A stretch of DNA of 64,000 nucleotides from Takakia lepidozioides (taxonomy: Eukaryota; Plantae; Bryophyta): contig CM060731.1 of assembly GCA_030704615.1 (NCBI GenBank), positions 1 to 64,000 on the forward strand. Direction: 5' to 3'. A model generated the notes under the pieces. The model was not told the origin of the DNA and searched no databases. It saw only the letters and a list, made by a program, of their open reading frames with translations. A program made the translations under genes and the position numbers. This document shows positions 1 to 12,943 of the stretch, piece by piece. Numbering within the stretch: position 1 is the first letter of the stretch; every line of letters begins with the position of its first letter.

Positions 1-33
1 GCCTGGATCCCAAACGAGGGAGGACTTTGCAGA

Positions 34-3000
34 GTGACTGAAACTTACCTTTGTTCCAAATTCAAGCTCAAACCGGGCACAGTTTATTTGGAAGAAGAAA
101 GGAAGGATGTTCCTGGACAGGTTGACGAGACCATTGTCGTGCTAGGTAACGACGGAGGTTGCGGAATCGAATGGCACGTTCCCCCGTCAGACACCATCCT
201 GTACCGAGCTGTGGGAATGCCCATTCCCTTTCCAAATCAGTCGCTGCCCACACCATCCACAAAGGAGTCCGGAAACCGAGAGGCGGCCACTGCCAACAGA
301 GAGGTATGCAACGATAATCATTCCCGACCTGGACCGTCAAGACCCTCCATAGCTTCTCGTGTGGACGTATTCGACATTTCCGACGAGGAAGATGATTGCA
401 TTGAGGTACCCATGTCCTCCACACGGTCGTTCAAATCCGGCATGGACGTCTCTGTAGGTGCTACGCATGTGCCCTCGAGCATAACTCCAACCCGGTCCAT
501 TGTGCAGCTCCTACGACAAACATCACCTCGATGGTTCTCGCTCCGAGCTGGCTGCTCTCGACTATGCCAAATTCCCAGTCAGAAAGGTAACTTTTCTGCC
601 TCCCGAAGTCGATGGCAATGTCATCTTCGAGTTTCCACCTGTTTCTTCGTCAAAGAAAGCCTCCGGGATGTTAACAGACATGGATCGAAAGCATGACGGA
701 CACCCCTGGTGTGTGACGAAGACCAGTAGCACGAAAATTGCTGATGGTGTTCGTGTACGATATGTCCTCTGTGCGGGGAAGCTCAGGTGCCTCAATCCCA
801 CCTGCTTCCACTTTCTCTCCAAAGGAGGGCGGAGAAACGAGACGGATTGGACTGGCACAACGCATCATCCATTCATTGTCTCTAGCCAAGCTCCTGCGGG
901 TTCTTTCAAGTGTGCACATTGCAAAGAACCACGACGTGCATGTCCATGTGCAGAGCCAAGCAATATACGTAATCCATTTGCTCCCGGACTTGACTAGAGC
1001 TTGCATACACGTTGGGGTCCACTGCCACCCCTTGGCGAGAGGCAACATGCGTGAGGCTGTGCAGGAAGCACACGACATCATAAAAGAGGAGGTGAAATTG
1101 AGCCCCGGAGCCAGACCAAAGCAGATTCAGCTGAAGGCAGCCCACAAAGATTGCTCTTGGCAAAATCATGTCTGAAGATGGTTCCGACCGAGAGCCCTTG
1201 ACCGAAGACGAGATGCGTGACCTCTTGGAGTCCGTTTCGCACGTTTGTAGTCCGAATGTGCGGAATCACATCGTATCTTGCAAGCAGGAGTTCGGCAGGG
1301 GGTCGGACATGTACTCAATCCTGGAGGTGAAACGAATGACTGGATATGACTACATCCAAGGTAGCAGGTTTCCAGGGCAAGGCAGCGAATCCGATCGTTG
1401 TTACATTTTCAAAATGTCGACGTGTGGGCCTGGGAGTGGAGTCGACTTGGTCACTCGCATGACAACTGGAAACTTGTCGAATGCTTGGGTGATGTTTGAT
1501 CACATCAAGCGAATTACAAACCATCAGTGGGTGACTATGGGTGCGCATGTCTATGACTATCACTCCAAGAGGCTCATGACGATTGCAATCTGCGAGATGA
1601 AAGGGGAGGACACACAGTCCGAGATGCATCTGTGGGAGGGCATAAACAAGCAGATGGCAAGGGCGGGATTGCCAGAGCCCAATTTCAGGGGATTCATGGC
1701 AGACAACGCTCAGGCCAACTGGGCAGCGGTGCGGCGTGTGTACGGTGAGGACCCCAATGTTCCAATGGAGGGGAAAGAGAGATCCTGTGGATTCCATTGG
1801 ATGCAGAGTCTATCCCACTACACTACCAAATTTGTTAGCTCATTCCAGGCTGAACACCGTGTCCTTTGTACGGCGTGGAAGGATGCAACCACATTTGATG
1901 ACGCGGAGGTTAAGTTTGCTATCATCGAGGCTTGGTGGAACACGTCAGGTGCAGTGGAGACAACCAATCTGGGAGCATTGCACAGCTGGTTGGGGTGGTG
2001 GCATTTTCGGTATCGACAGTTCAGACAGTACATGCGGGAGGTAGGCTGCTGTCAATTTCGTTCATTTGTCTTTCTGTTACGGACATTTCGATTGGTCCCT
2101 CACCATTGTTTGTGTCCTTCTAGGAGCGGTGCTTGGATTCCGACACGGACATGCCGAACACGAATATGGCAGAATCGGTCCACTCCTCCTGGCGAGCGTC
2201 TTTGCCGCACATCTGGTGGACGTAGTGACGGCCACAACAGAGGACATCGACAGAGCAATCATGCAGCAGCAAGCCACGTACTACAAGTTCCTGAGCGGCA
2301 AACAATGGGGCTTTGGGCGGACAGGGGAGGAATTGTTGGTACGAACAGCTTCGAGGTCCAAGAATCCAGTGAAATGGGCGACAGCATTGCGAGAGAAGAT
2401 CAAAGGGACGCCTCTGCACCGCAGAGGTGAACACCTAGAGGGGGACGTCCGGACTCGCCCTGTCAGGCGGAGGATTGAAGAGGAACCCGGGTGCGAAGAG
2501 GATTCCTGGAGATCCGACAGGAACATTCGGACAGCACCTCGAGGTCCCGTCATGTTGCCGCACAATGTGTCTTCCAGCAATGGAAGCCCAAGAAATTCCA
2601 GATCGCCGTCGCCTTCAACCGGGGATTTCGTGCAAAAAATTCCCACCGCTCCTTGCCCCAGATTCCGCCCGCTGTTATGCAGTATGGCCAAGCCATTGTG
2701 GAGACGACTGTGTCTGCATCGCAGTGGAGAAATTGCTCGCACAAAGCCGTCGTTTCGAGGAAGGTGTTCCGCAATTCGTGTGGATACACGGCAACGTTGT
2801 TTAGAGATGATAAGGAGGAATCCAGATGGGGCTGTCCTGCTCCTACTTTTACAGGAAGATTTGTCCATGCAAAGTTTGCGGAGGCGACAACCACCCAGTT
2901 CTGGTTCTGCAGGCACGACATTATGACTTGCGTGTATGGAAAGCCCAAGTACGGCATACAAACAATGCCAGAGGCTCCCCCGGTGTGGCCGGTGGAACCA

Positions 3001-3553
3001 GGCTGCGATCTGAGTCAGGTTGAGGCCGACGCCTTTACCGCCGCAGGATTTCGGATGGTGCAGCGCACTGACGTCCCCAGAGAACCATTTCCGCTTCCAC
3101 AGCCTCCACCACCGACCCCTGTGAGAGCAAGAACAATGGGACACGACAGCTCTAAGCATCCTACACACCGTTGGGGGAAACCGAAGAGGCGGCGACCTCC
3201 CTCAAAAGTGAACGAGACAAGGATGGGGAATGCACTTCGGATGAACTGTACAATCCAGAGCTCGACAGAAGTGCCCACCAGGATTCGGGCGTGTGTATCA
3301 GATGGCCACAGCGGGCTCAGCTGTTCGCAATGAGGTGTACACCATCACCATTTCAGAATTACCCACCTGCAATTGCACCGACTTCCAGATCATGGCGAAC
3401 AAGGGGGCATCATACTGCCCTTGCAAGCATTTGTACTACGTGTACCTAAAGAGACTCCGTTGTAATTCCACAACTCATCACTTCATACATGCACCAGGGT
3501 TGAGCCCCCAGGAGGTTCACACTCTTCTGAATATGGTTCCAGGGGACCAGTGA
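34..3553 (+). pseudogene. Mutator-like (MULE) DDE transposase, frameshifted, with N-terminal WRKY/GCM-like Zn finger and C-terminal SWIM finger
   Basis: Motifs VMFDH, FMADNA and SCGFH (CxxH) lie in ORF 1168-2430. After a GT-AG intron (2041-2123) the frame reads DSDTDMPNTNMAESVH, giving the catalytic E. SWIM motif CNCTDF...CPCKH at 3293-3553. Cys/His cluster ending IHVGVHCHP at ~500-1030. Several frameshifts. Confidence 0.85.
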
Positions 3554-4297
3554 GCTTGGCTTGCGGTCCCCATACAATGGTACGCCCATCCTTTTCGGAT
3601 AGTAGAACTGTACTGCTGCCAGTACCTCAGACTCTGGCCACAGAAAGGTCCGACATATGTCTTGCCTACCAGTAACCTGTTTTGCTCGAACTAAGATATT
3701 ACTATATCGTTCACTTGTTTCCACGTGCATGTATTTTTGTATGTTGGAGGGTTCATGTTTTTCTGCTTTCCGAAAACTTGCTTTCCTCATTTGACCTCCG
3801 ACAAGGAAATGCGGCGCCGCATTTCCAAGTATCGTCGTAGGTACCCCCAGAGGCGGCCTTCGCCAACACCAAACCGCTCCGAAATTTCGCACGTGCGAAC
3901 CCTAATGCGGCACCCTATTTCCCAGTTCAGTTGCAAACCTTTCCCGCCGAATACCCGAAGAAGACAGAATTGTGAAGTACTGCAGACTGTATTGGTGCAG
4001 ACTCCATTGGTTCAATCGCGGCAAAAGGGTCAGCTTCATTCCAATGTTAAGGCATGTAAAACCGCGGAATACTCTATACAGGCCAGTATGCGACGTCCTT
4101 TTGCAGTGGTATACTGGATTTCCCGTTGCACGGTCACTTATTTCCATGAGCGGATCTAAAAAACCATGAGCGGACTTGTTACTGGCGACATATCTTCGCC
4201 GCATTACATGATCTGGAACGTCCAAAAACAGCAAGGTCAAATAAAAAAACTATTATTTTAATACTTGTTTAATCTGCCGCATTTCCAAATTTGGAGG

Positions 4298-4403
4298 AGT
4301 CCGCTCATGAAATCCGCGTATCTTAGACTTCGGCTCACCGCTCATGCGGCTCATGCGGCTCATGGCTCATGGCTCATGGTTTCTGCTCATGAAATAGTAA
4401 ACC
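4298..4403. repeat. Probable right TIR of the MULE (GCTCAT-reiterated terminus)
   Basis: Reiterated (g/cg)gctcat ending gctcatgaaatagtaaacc. The segment gctcaccgctcatgc is the reverse complement of gcatgagcggtgagc at ~14823. Confidence 0.55.
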
Positions 4404-4409
4404 TCCTTG

Positions 4410-4845
4410 AAATGGATTGAAAACATAGCAGAAATGATGTGCTTGGAAGTACACCGTTTGTGCCCCATCCAAAGGCTCTTTTTGAGGTCTCTTCAGACAA
4501 CAACTGAAAGCATGGAAGGTACTTGAAAGGGATTGCATACATAGCAGAAATGGTGTGCTTCGAAGCACACCGTTTTTGCCCCATCCAAAAAGCTCTTTTT
4601 GAGGTCTCCACAAACAGCAACAACAAGCATGGAGGGTACTTGAAAGAGATTGAATACATAGCAAAAATGGTGTGCTTCGAAGCACACCGTTTTTGCCCCA
4701 TCCAAAAAGCTCTTTTTGAGGTCTCCACAAACAGCAACAACAAGCATGGAGGGTACTTGAAAGAGATTGAATACATAGCAAAAATGGTGTGCTTTGAAGC
4801 ACACCGTTTTCGCCCCACCCAAAAGGCTCATTTTGAGGTCTCTTA
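4410..4845. repeat. Tandem array of ~117-bp units (about 3.5-4 copies), each with palindrome GGTGTGCTTCGAAGCACACC
   Basis: The tggtgtgct motif recurs at 4551, 4668 and 4785 (period 117), with a degenerate copy at ~4435. Confidence 0.95.
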
Positions 4846-4889
4846 TAGAGGGCCCACTCCCGAAATGGGGTCCCAAATTCGGTGTTTTT

Positions 4890-5448
4890 CAATGGGCGCC
4901 GCACATTGTTTTTCAACCAGGAAGAGGAATTTTATTTTATTTTATTTTATTTTTCACTCCCCCCCAGTTGGTTGGTTGGACCCTAAAACAGTGTGCGGTG
5001 CCGCACACCCTTTCTACCCATCGAAAAAGACTGAATTCGGGACCCCTCCATGAACTTGTTGGGGTCCCGAATTCGGTGTTTTTCAGTGGGCTTCGGTGTT
5101 TTGGGGTCCTGAATTTGGTGTTTTTCAATGGGCAGAAAGAGTGTGCGGTGCCGCACACTGTTTTTTTTTTTTTTTTTGGTTGGTTGGTTGGTTGGTTGGT
5201 TGGACCCCAAACTAGTGTGCGGCGCCGCACACTGGTTTGGGGTCCCGAGTTCGGTGTTTTTCTAATGGACAGAAAGGGTGTGCGGCGCCGCACATTGTTT
5301 TTCCAACCAGCCAGGGGAATATATATACCCTGGTTGGTTGGACCCCAAACCAGTGTGCACTGGTTTGGGGTCCTGAATTTGGTGTTTTCTTTCTAATGGG
5401 CAGAAAGGGTGTACGGCGCCGCACACTGTTTTTCAACCAGCCAGGGGG

Positions 5449-5477
<29 letters not shown>
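4890..5477. repeat. Array of GTGTGCGGCGCCGCACAC palindromes alternating with GGGGTCCCGAATTCGGTGTTTT, ending in poly(A)
   Basis: Palindrome copies at about 4991, 5141, 5215, 5278 and 5409. A-run at 5448-5477. Confidence 0.9.
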
Positions 5478-5483
<6 letters not shown>

Positions 5484-6104
5484 GTCTATAATGTCTTGTA
5501 ATTGCACTGGGCTCGGTGAGATATTGGCTTCGGTGTGGACGGAAGGCAGTGGGGTTCGAGTGCTATTTGAAGAAGGGTTGGGTATTATATTCTTCTATTT
5601 ATGGACCATGGTGAAAGAAAGGCGCGCACTCATTCTTATCCACAATTTGTCGTCAAACATTCAGCCATTATCATTCATCCGCAAGATTTCATCCATATTC
5701 ATCAATATTCTGAGCGTGTCATCCACAATGATTCTCTTTCATTCTCATTAATTCATCCATAACCATTCTTCTATATTCGGTCTCAACACAATTCATTCAG
5801 TAATATTCATTCGAGTAATATTCATTCGAACCCTTTGTTCTGCACTTCTTCTCATCGCCCAAATATAGTTCCCTATGTGCCAAATGCTCAAGTCCGCGGC
5901 TATAGGGCCCCTTCACGCTGTTCTGTCCGACTGTCCTAGCACCATGTCAGCCTACCCACACCACGTCGGCAGGCTCACGCCACGTCGGCGTGACCGTACG
6001 CTCACGCCACATCAGCTGGTGTGAGCCTAGGCTTACGCCACGTCAGCATTGTGTGAGCGTACGCTCACATGCTCATGAGCAACGTTCACGCCGTTGCGTC
6101 GTTG

Positions 6105-7450
6105 CAGAAAAAGACCATCTCTCTTCAGTATGCCTCCACGCTTGTGAATCTTGTGGCCCGCACACCTTTCCCCAGGGGCTCCGATGCGAGGCATGTCATC
6201 TCATCAGTTTTGCCAATGAGGGGCTTCGGTAGTGTGCCTTCAATCACGGTATGATCGGAAAGTAATACATTTTCTAGGATGAAATACCCCACGACCCCCA
6301 CATATAATCATCCCATTAGTACACATAATACAACACCCTTATGTCTTTCCCTTTATGCAGCCTCTCCCTCATTATGGCATGAATGGTCAAAACTGAACGT
6401 CGCTAGTATTACTCACTCCTTCCAAAGCCACAATCAGATCTTGCATGAGTACTACTCTCTAAACCCTAAACTTTGTGGAATATACTTTACATGCATTGAG
6501 AAGATTAAAGAAAAAAAAATTCATGCAAGTGGGGATGGCGCTTATACCTTGCGTGGTACTTTTTTCCCTTGGACATCATCCCAATATCGGTCGTTGTTGC
6601 ACTTTGGGCACTTGGTGAGATGCGAATCATCTCCGTAGTATAGGGTTTTATCACATGGACATGCATGAAAAATCTTATAGCCCATCCCCACAGAATCCAA
6701 GACTTCGCACGCCTCTTTCCGCGACCGTGGTTTCAAGTGTGGAGCAAGGATATCGTCCGCAATAGTTTGCATTATGGCAGACATCCCAACATTACTTATG
6801 CCAAATTGAATTGGAAGATTGAACAAAAGTAAGATTGTTGAAAGTCGACTCACTTTTGCCCCTTCGTACAAGGGAGTTCTCGCCTCCCTCTCCATGTCAT
6901 TTGAGGGGGCCATTTCAGGATCATCAATTGGCCGGGTTTCCTCTCCATGGGATGCATCAGTGCCCACATGATGCATTAAAGAGATCCCCCATGGCTTGCA
7001 CATCCTCCAGGTTAATTCCATCCTCACTATTGTTATCACTATCACTGTCACTGTCATCGTCATTGTCGTTCGGTACTTGATCAATGGTGGGGGCGGCTCC
7101 CACCTGATGTACTTGGGTTGTTTTTCGGATGGGGTGCCAAGAGAAAGGACCGGGAATGGAACAACAAAGTCCTGATATGAACAAATGAACATACGGACAT
7201 ATATTATAATGTGTCTTTGCAACAATACGGCTTATAAGCACTTAAATGACCCAAGGAAGAGGCGGATGCACGAACCAATGACATCGTTTTGCCCAAAAAG
7301 TTGAAGAAGGTAAAAATTGCCGATCATGGCGATTGAGCAAGCACATGAGTTCATACTGAAGAACAACCCATCCATACATGAGTGAGAGGGCAAGATACAA
7401 TAACCTTGTTCAGACAACCAGCATGTAGCCCAGTGGTAATGGCACATACC
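6105..7450 (-). pseudogene. CACTA/En-Spm TnpD-like transposase, N-terminal part with intron
   Basis: EARTPLYEG...HACPCDKTLYY...CPKC...KVPRK at 6547-6900. After an intron (~6275-6547) the frame reads YYFPIIP*LK...AKLMR*H...DSQAWRH, the start of Transposase_21. Internal stops present. Confidence 0.85.
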
Positions 7451-7851
7451 ACGTTGAATATGGTTGTGGGTTCAAACCACGGTCTGGTGTGTCATTAAGG
7501 TGTCCACCTTTCAGCTGGAAGGCACTAGCCCTTGTGGTGAAGTGACACCATAATTTACGTTCCCTTCGGGAGGTGTCATACTTTTTACTTTTTTTTTTTT
7601 TAACCTTGTTCAACAACGAAAGGAGGAGACGGTTGCATGGAGGTGGAACCATGCAAGGGAGACTAGACGCGCTCCACGAGCAAGGGGCCGACGTGAGAAT
7701 GTTGAGGCTATCATGGTCGGGGATCTACATGGGACGAGGCAAATGCGGAGGAGGAAGAGACTGGTCATGATGATGCTGATATTGACCGAGGTTGGGTAGA
7801 GGGGGTACAAGAGGATGATGACACCCCGGAGAATGCATCCTGGACCCTATA

Positions 7852-8560
7852 TGTCACGCACCTCACTTTGGTAAACTCCCCATCAAGTCATAGTTACCCG
7901 CTTTGATGCACGCCTAACTCCATTGGCCACCGGGCCAACTCGGAGCTTTGGCTGCTCACCAGGACATAACGGTCCCCCTCACACTCCCACTTGACCCTCA
8001 ACCTGTTGGGCTCAGTGGAAATTCCCTTTGGTAGAAGGCAGTCCGGAATAGCTCCCCACACCTTGGTCGTTTTCCGTCTCGCACGCTTACTCACTAGCTT
8101 TTGGTCACCAACGGGCTTGCACCGTTCTCAGGGTTACTACTCCCTATATATACTTCTGTAGGTGTCCGCGGGTTCCACAACTAGCCAAGTCCAAAGCTAA
8201 TGCACCACCACCTAGACCCTTGACTCCCTGTGATGTGTCGCGGTGAGTCTTGGCCCACCCACCACGGCCCCAATGGACCGTGGTGAGTCCCAAGAGACTC
8301 CCACAACTCCCACCACAAGGCCTCAGCCCCATGGTGAGTCCTATGCCATCCCCACTACGACTCCCTAAGCTACCACCACCCCTCATGGAGCCCCCACCAA
8401 TGCAACCCGGTTTGCGGGGCTCCACCTAGTGAGCGCCTCCGCCTCCTTGAGTGCCTTTGGCACTCAAGGGTGCTTCAACCCCTTTCCTATTTGTTGCCGC
8501 TGCCCCACCACAGGGGCAGCCCCTCTTGTGTCCCGACCCCGCCCGCGGTTATAGGTCCGT
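7852..8560 (-). mobile_element. Degenerate LTR-retrotransposon gag-region fragment
   Basis: Gly/Arg-rich minus-strand translation (RGRGRDTRGAAP...KGVEAPL) loosely resembles the gag at 58250-58600. Weak. Confidence 0.3.
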
Positions 8561-8599
8561 GCCTATGAGAATGACGCGGCGTGAACTACGCTGGCGAGA

Positions 8600-8850
8600 A
8601 CCAACGTGGCAGGAACTGTTGACGTGCGTGAGCTTGGCTGCGCTCACACACTCACGTGGAGGCATTCCCCCTTTTCTGAAAGACGACCCACGACGTGTCC
8701 GCTCGGCTTCTTTACGGATGGGATCAACCCATTCTCTATCCAGTCATGTAGTCATTCCACTTGGCCGGTGACCATGGTGAATTACAACCTGTTCCCTTCG
8801 TATCTTTCAATAAGAAAGACATATTCTGTTGGCTGCCATTGTACCAGGTG
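8600..8850 (+). pseudogene. CACTA Transposase_21 (tnp2) fragment
   Basis: FTDGINPFS...HSTWPVTMVNYNL followed by a GT donor (ccag|gtgag). It is on the opposite strand to the 6105-7450 piece. Confidence 0.8.
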
Positions 8851-9641
8851 AGTGTTCCAATTTCATGCTTATTATTCCCTTGGATTTTACATTAATCTTC
8901 TGACCTCTAGGCCCTGGCGCAATTCCGATGGAAGATTGATGAGTGATCAACGTAATCATGGAGTAAGATGTGTCATTCATTATGAAGTATAATTAGCATG
9001 GTGGAGTATTGAAACAATGATGTGAAATTCAAGAATGATGTGAAAACCCAATTTTAAGTAAATCTAGATTTAGGTTTGGTCCAGAAATAACGAGAAATAT
9101 CTGAATAGTATTTTTTAAATCATTTAAATGAATTAATATATATCACTTTAAATATAAATGTACAAATATAAATAATTGTTTGTCTATTAATATATAATAT
9201 GAGCAATGAAGAAACATTATGTATAAACTTCGGGAGAAAAAGCAGTTTATATTTGGCTCATAAAGCAACTTCCACTGTTCACTCGACGTTTAGTAAAGAG
9301 TTGAATGAGATAAAATGGATGATATATTGAACCACGCCATGTTTTGAGGTTGAACCAGAATATTCTGCTTCCTGGGTGTCGGGTGATAACTCGTGCCCCG
9401 CGGCCTGATGGATGATTGGAGCGCCTTATTGCCTTAGTCATATTCGTAATTGCGACTGAGCTTGTGAAGGTCGTTACTACGTAACGTACAAGGCAAATCA
9501 ATCAAATATGTGAACCAAACATGGCACAATGACACAATACCATGACATGAAAAGAAAGAGAATGATCACTCCAAAACATGCTTATCAAATGCTGGCTCAT
9601 TTTCCACAAAATACTGAAGGAACAAGGTGCAAAAGACAAAC

Positions 9642-10300
9642 CCAAATGTGCCCATGACACGGGTCGTAACATGGCTCTTCCCTGAGCCCAGAAGCTTCGC
9701 CAGCCCAAAATCCGACACCTTAGCATTCCATTGAGAATCCACCAGGATGTTGCTCGATTTGACATCACGATGCACCACCTTTTGGCTCCAGTGCCTGTGC
9801 AAATATGCTAACCTGCAGCATGGCTTTCTTGAAGTCAGATCTCTCTCTTTTCCCCTCCCAATACCTATTCACCCTTTGATCGAAGAAGGCATCTCTCTTA
9901 ACGCCTGAGTCACCCCAATTCGACAATGTCAAAGGATCACCAATTCGATCAATGTCAAAGGATTGCATGGGATCCAGGAAGCTACCTTTAATCAACATGG
10001 ACTTACGCGAGTATTGAACATGAGACTTGCAGAAGAGGGGGGACAGTGGTCAAGCGGAAAGCCAGGATACAAGCCTAAATTTGGGGAGGCTGCATGGTGT
10101 TGGTCATATACTATCATGACATCTCTGGCTCAACTGGGATAAACAATATGCATGCAGGTAGACTCTTCTCACCCCTTTGCAGTTCCCATGACAATCCTCA
10201 TACGGGCCTCCCATGAGAGTGTAGTTGACTGTGACAAAGGTCCGTGCAGCCACTGCTCCAAATTGCCATTGTCCACATACTCATAGACTAGCATCATGTG
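9642..10300 (-). pseudogene. Receptor-like (cytoplasmic) kinase fragment, two exons
   Basis: Exon [17 protein letters not shown]...[14 protein letters not shown], an intron, then [13 protein letters not shown]...[27 protein letters not shown]. The remaining exons are absent. Confidence 0.9.
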
Positions 10301-10589
10301 CCACATGAAATGGACTTGGCTGTTAGAAGTGACAGTATCACATTCTTTGAAATTACAACACTACTCGATTGATCAAGAGAACCTTATTGTCCTCCCTGGT
10401 GTATGCATGTCATGTAGATAACAAACACACCCTACCCAACATCCCAACAATGTCTGTTGTATTGGAGGATTCTTCAGGGCAGGAGTGGTAGAGGATTTTG
10501 ATGAGGGGAAAAAATCCACCATGCACAAAGTGCGTCGGACGTATCATGAGGAGAGTCGTATTTGGAAGGAAAAAAAAAAAAAAAAAACA

Positions 10590-11830
10590 GATGGTGTACC
10601 ACTCAAAACACTATATGCAGCAAAAACCCCCCCTGCCACAGAAACCGACCCTTACCCTTAAACCGCCTCATATGGCCCATGCTGAGCCTGATAGCAGCCC
10701 ATACATAGCATCAGTCCCCCCATCTGATATACCAGCCCCTCCCACCGACTCCTCCCCGAATATTGCAAAAACCACTCACCCCCCCCCCAAAACTCAGACA
10801 ACACCAATGCTTATATCATCGAAGCTATATTAGGGGTAAAAACCCAAACGTCAATCAACGCCTTTGGCGCCACCTGCTTAGATACATATTACCATTGCAA
10901 ATGGGCCGGGTATTCCCTAGAAGACAACACATGGCGAATAGAGGATGACCTATTCGGCCCCCATGATGATTGTGACCCAGACCATAACCTGGCTCTTCTC
11001 ACCACCTTCCACAAACACACCAACACCGACTACCTAGCACATATTCATCATCAACACACCACCCCCACTCAACCCACAGACACCCGGTACGTCCACCAAC
11101 CGATCTTTGCCCCCAACGTGCATATCTGCATAACGGAATGCAATCCAGACAAAGATGTCAAGCATAACCAACCACTTATACACATAGGCCCCCACCTTTT
11201 TCAATATTTACGCTCCCCATGGTCGCTTCATGGGGATCATTCCCAATAACCGACTCGCATGGCTTTGGGAAAAATACTCTGCTACAAACACACACTTACA
11301 CTCCTTACAACCTCCAAAACAAGACTTTGCCACCGAAATATGCTGGGTTGTTGACCGATACCTCAAAGACACACCGCCCAAGAAACCGCGCTCCCTCGCC
11401 AAACTCGAAACGGCATGCGCACATCACACAATACCACAAGATATTCTTACCTTACTTATCAACACCTTCCAGCTAACTCACTCGTATTATTCCAGCCCAC
11501 TGACATGTCCAATGGAACTAAACGCATTTTCCAGCCCACATCATCGAGACTGTATTTTTGGAGCCACATGCAATGCCACACAACACTTTTGGGAGGGCAG
11601 GGGCTTTGCCCACCCCCCTCTTGGCCCCCTTGCTCACGAAGCCCTCCACTGGGCACGATTTGCAGCTCACTCCTCCCCCTCCACCACCACAATCCTCATC
11701 CTCACACAGCAACTCACACCCAATACCTCCCACCCTCTCCTGCGTCTCCCAGTAACTAGCCACAATTGACCCAAATCAACTTAAGTATGTTCATACCCCC
11801 CCTCTCCCCAAATACCTTAGACGGAAAGAA
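10590..11830 (+). mobile_element. Non-LTR retrotransposon-like internal fragment with PCIF1-like N6-adenine methyltransferase motifs
   Basis: ORF 11230-11769 contains YYSSPLTC...FSSPHHRDCIFG...WEGRGFAHPP. It has the same C/A-rich strand bias as the LINE fragments at 21144 and 52750. Confidence 0.55.
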
Positions 11831-11889
11831 CCTACCCTAACCCTAATCCTACATGTAAAGTATGACGCCTCCCGAAGGAAGCGTAACTT

Positions 11890-12240
11890 ATGGTGTCACT
11901 TCACCTTACGCGGAATAACCACTTTGTTTACCACTCATTTTGAGTGGTAAAAGACACTAAACCACTCTGGCCCCAGAGCGATCAAGAACCAGTGGATTAG
12001 GACAAGTGAGTGGTAAAAGACATTACGTGGCACCAATGGTTAAGGACAGTGGTTTGAACGACTTACGTCTGGGTCCATTTGTTTGCTAACGTGTCACAGT
12101 GGTAAATTAACCACTGTGACGTGTCAATGACGTAGGTAAACCAACCACTTATGACATGTCACAATGGTAAACTGACGTGTCATAGTGGTAAAGTAACCAC
12201 TTCCGTTTTCCGTTGGACACGTGTAAGCCGGTGGTCCGTG
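11890..12240. repeat. Subterminal repeat region of a CACTA-like element (ACCACT/AGTGGT, CACGTG)
   Basis: ccactcattttgagtggtaaaag matches cgactcattttgagtcgtaaaag just inside the CACTA terminus at 28652. Confidence 0.55.
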
Positions 12241-12241
12241 G

Positions 12242-12943
12242 ATGATATTGGATATTATGTCGACACGTGGCGACACTCTCAGCATGGACATGTGTCCTGT
12301 GTTGGTGCTACAAAATGGATGGAGTGAAAAATTAAATGACTTCCGAAACCACTTGTTGATCGTGAAGAAGTTCTTCGTCATTGTATGGAACACTGGCAAA
12401 GAAGAGACTGTCATGGATTTGAAATCAGCCTTGTTTGCGAGGAACGCCCACAAGGTCCTACATTATAGTTGCGATCAATGTGTGGAACATAGACTTACGT
12501 TCAACCAGTATCGGCCTATGGTTCCTAAGTCACCCATTTACTTCAAACGACTTTACGACTTGTTCGTTGACCCGGACTCTAAAGCCTACAGGTCTAATAC
12601 CCTGCTTATATACGTCGTAGGAAACATGTACAAGTCTTATCTCAATCCTCTGAGTCTGGTCATCTTCCTCCCTAAATACGAAGCACTTATAGATCCATAC
12701 AAGGATGATTTTTTAATGGGTCATCTGAAGCCCCACCTAGACAAGTTGAGGCATTAAAAAATGTACACTTGGGCCTTCAATGAGCATAATCCTTTTGGTA
12801 TCCCTAAGGATATCTTCTATCAGGATCCAGCAGTTAAATTCATTAAACGCTGGGACTTTCCATGGCCTAGGAACAAGCAGGAATGGGGTGAACATCTAAA
12901 GTACCTAGAGGCCCGTGCCTCCGAACTTGGAATACAAAAGTGA
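12242..12943 (+). pseudogene. Divergent FCP1/NIF-like HAD domain (first of a tandem pair)
   Basis: Collinear with the next ORF: VIVWNT, CDQC, IYFKRL, RSNTLLI, KSYLNP, DDFL, NPFG. In-frame stop at 12755. No DxD motif visible. Confidence 0.5.

Noticed and set aside
4374-5491. ORFs of 100-200 aa with repeated peptides on both strands
   Set aside because: By-products of the 117-bp (39-codon) repeat and the palindrome array.
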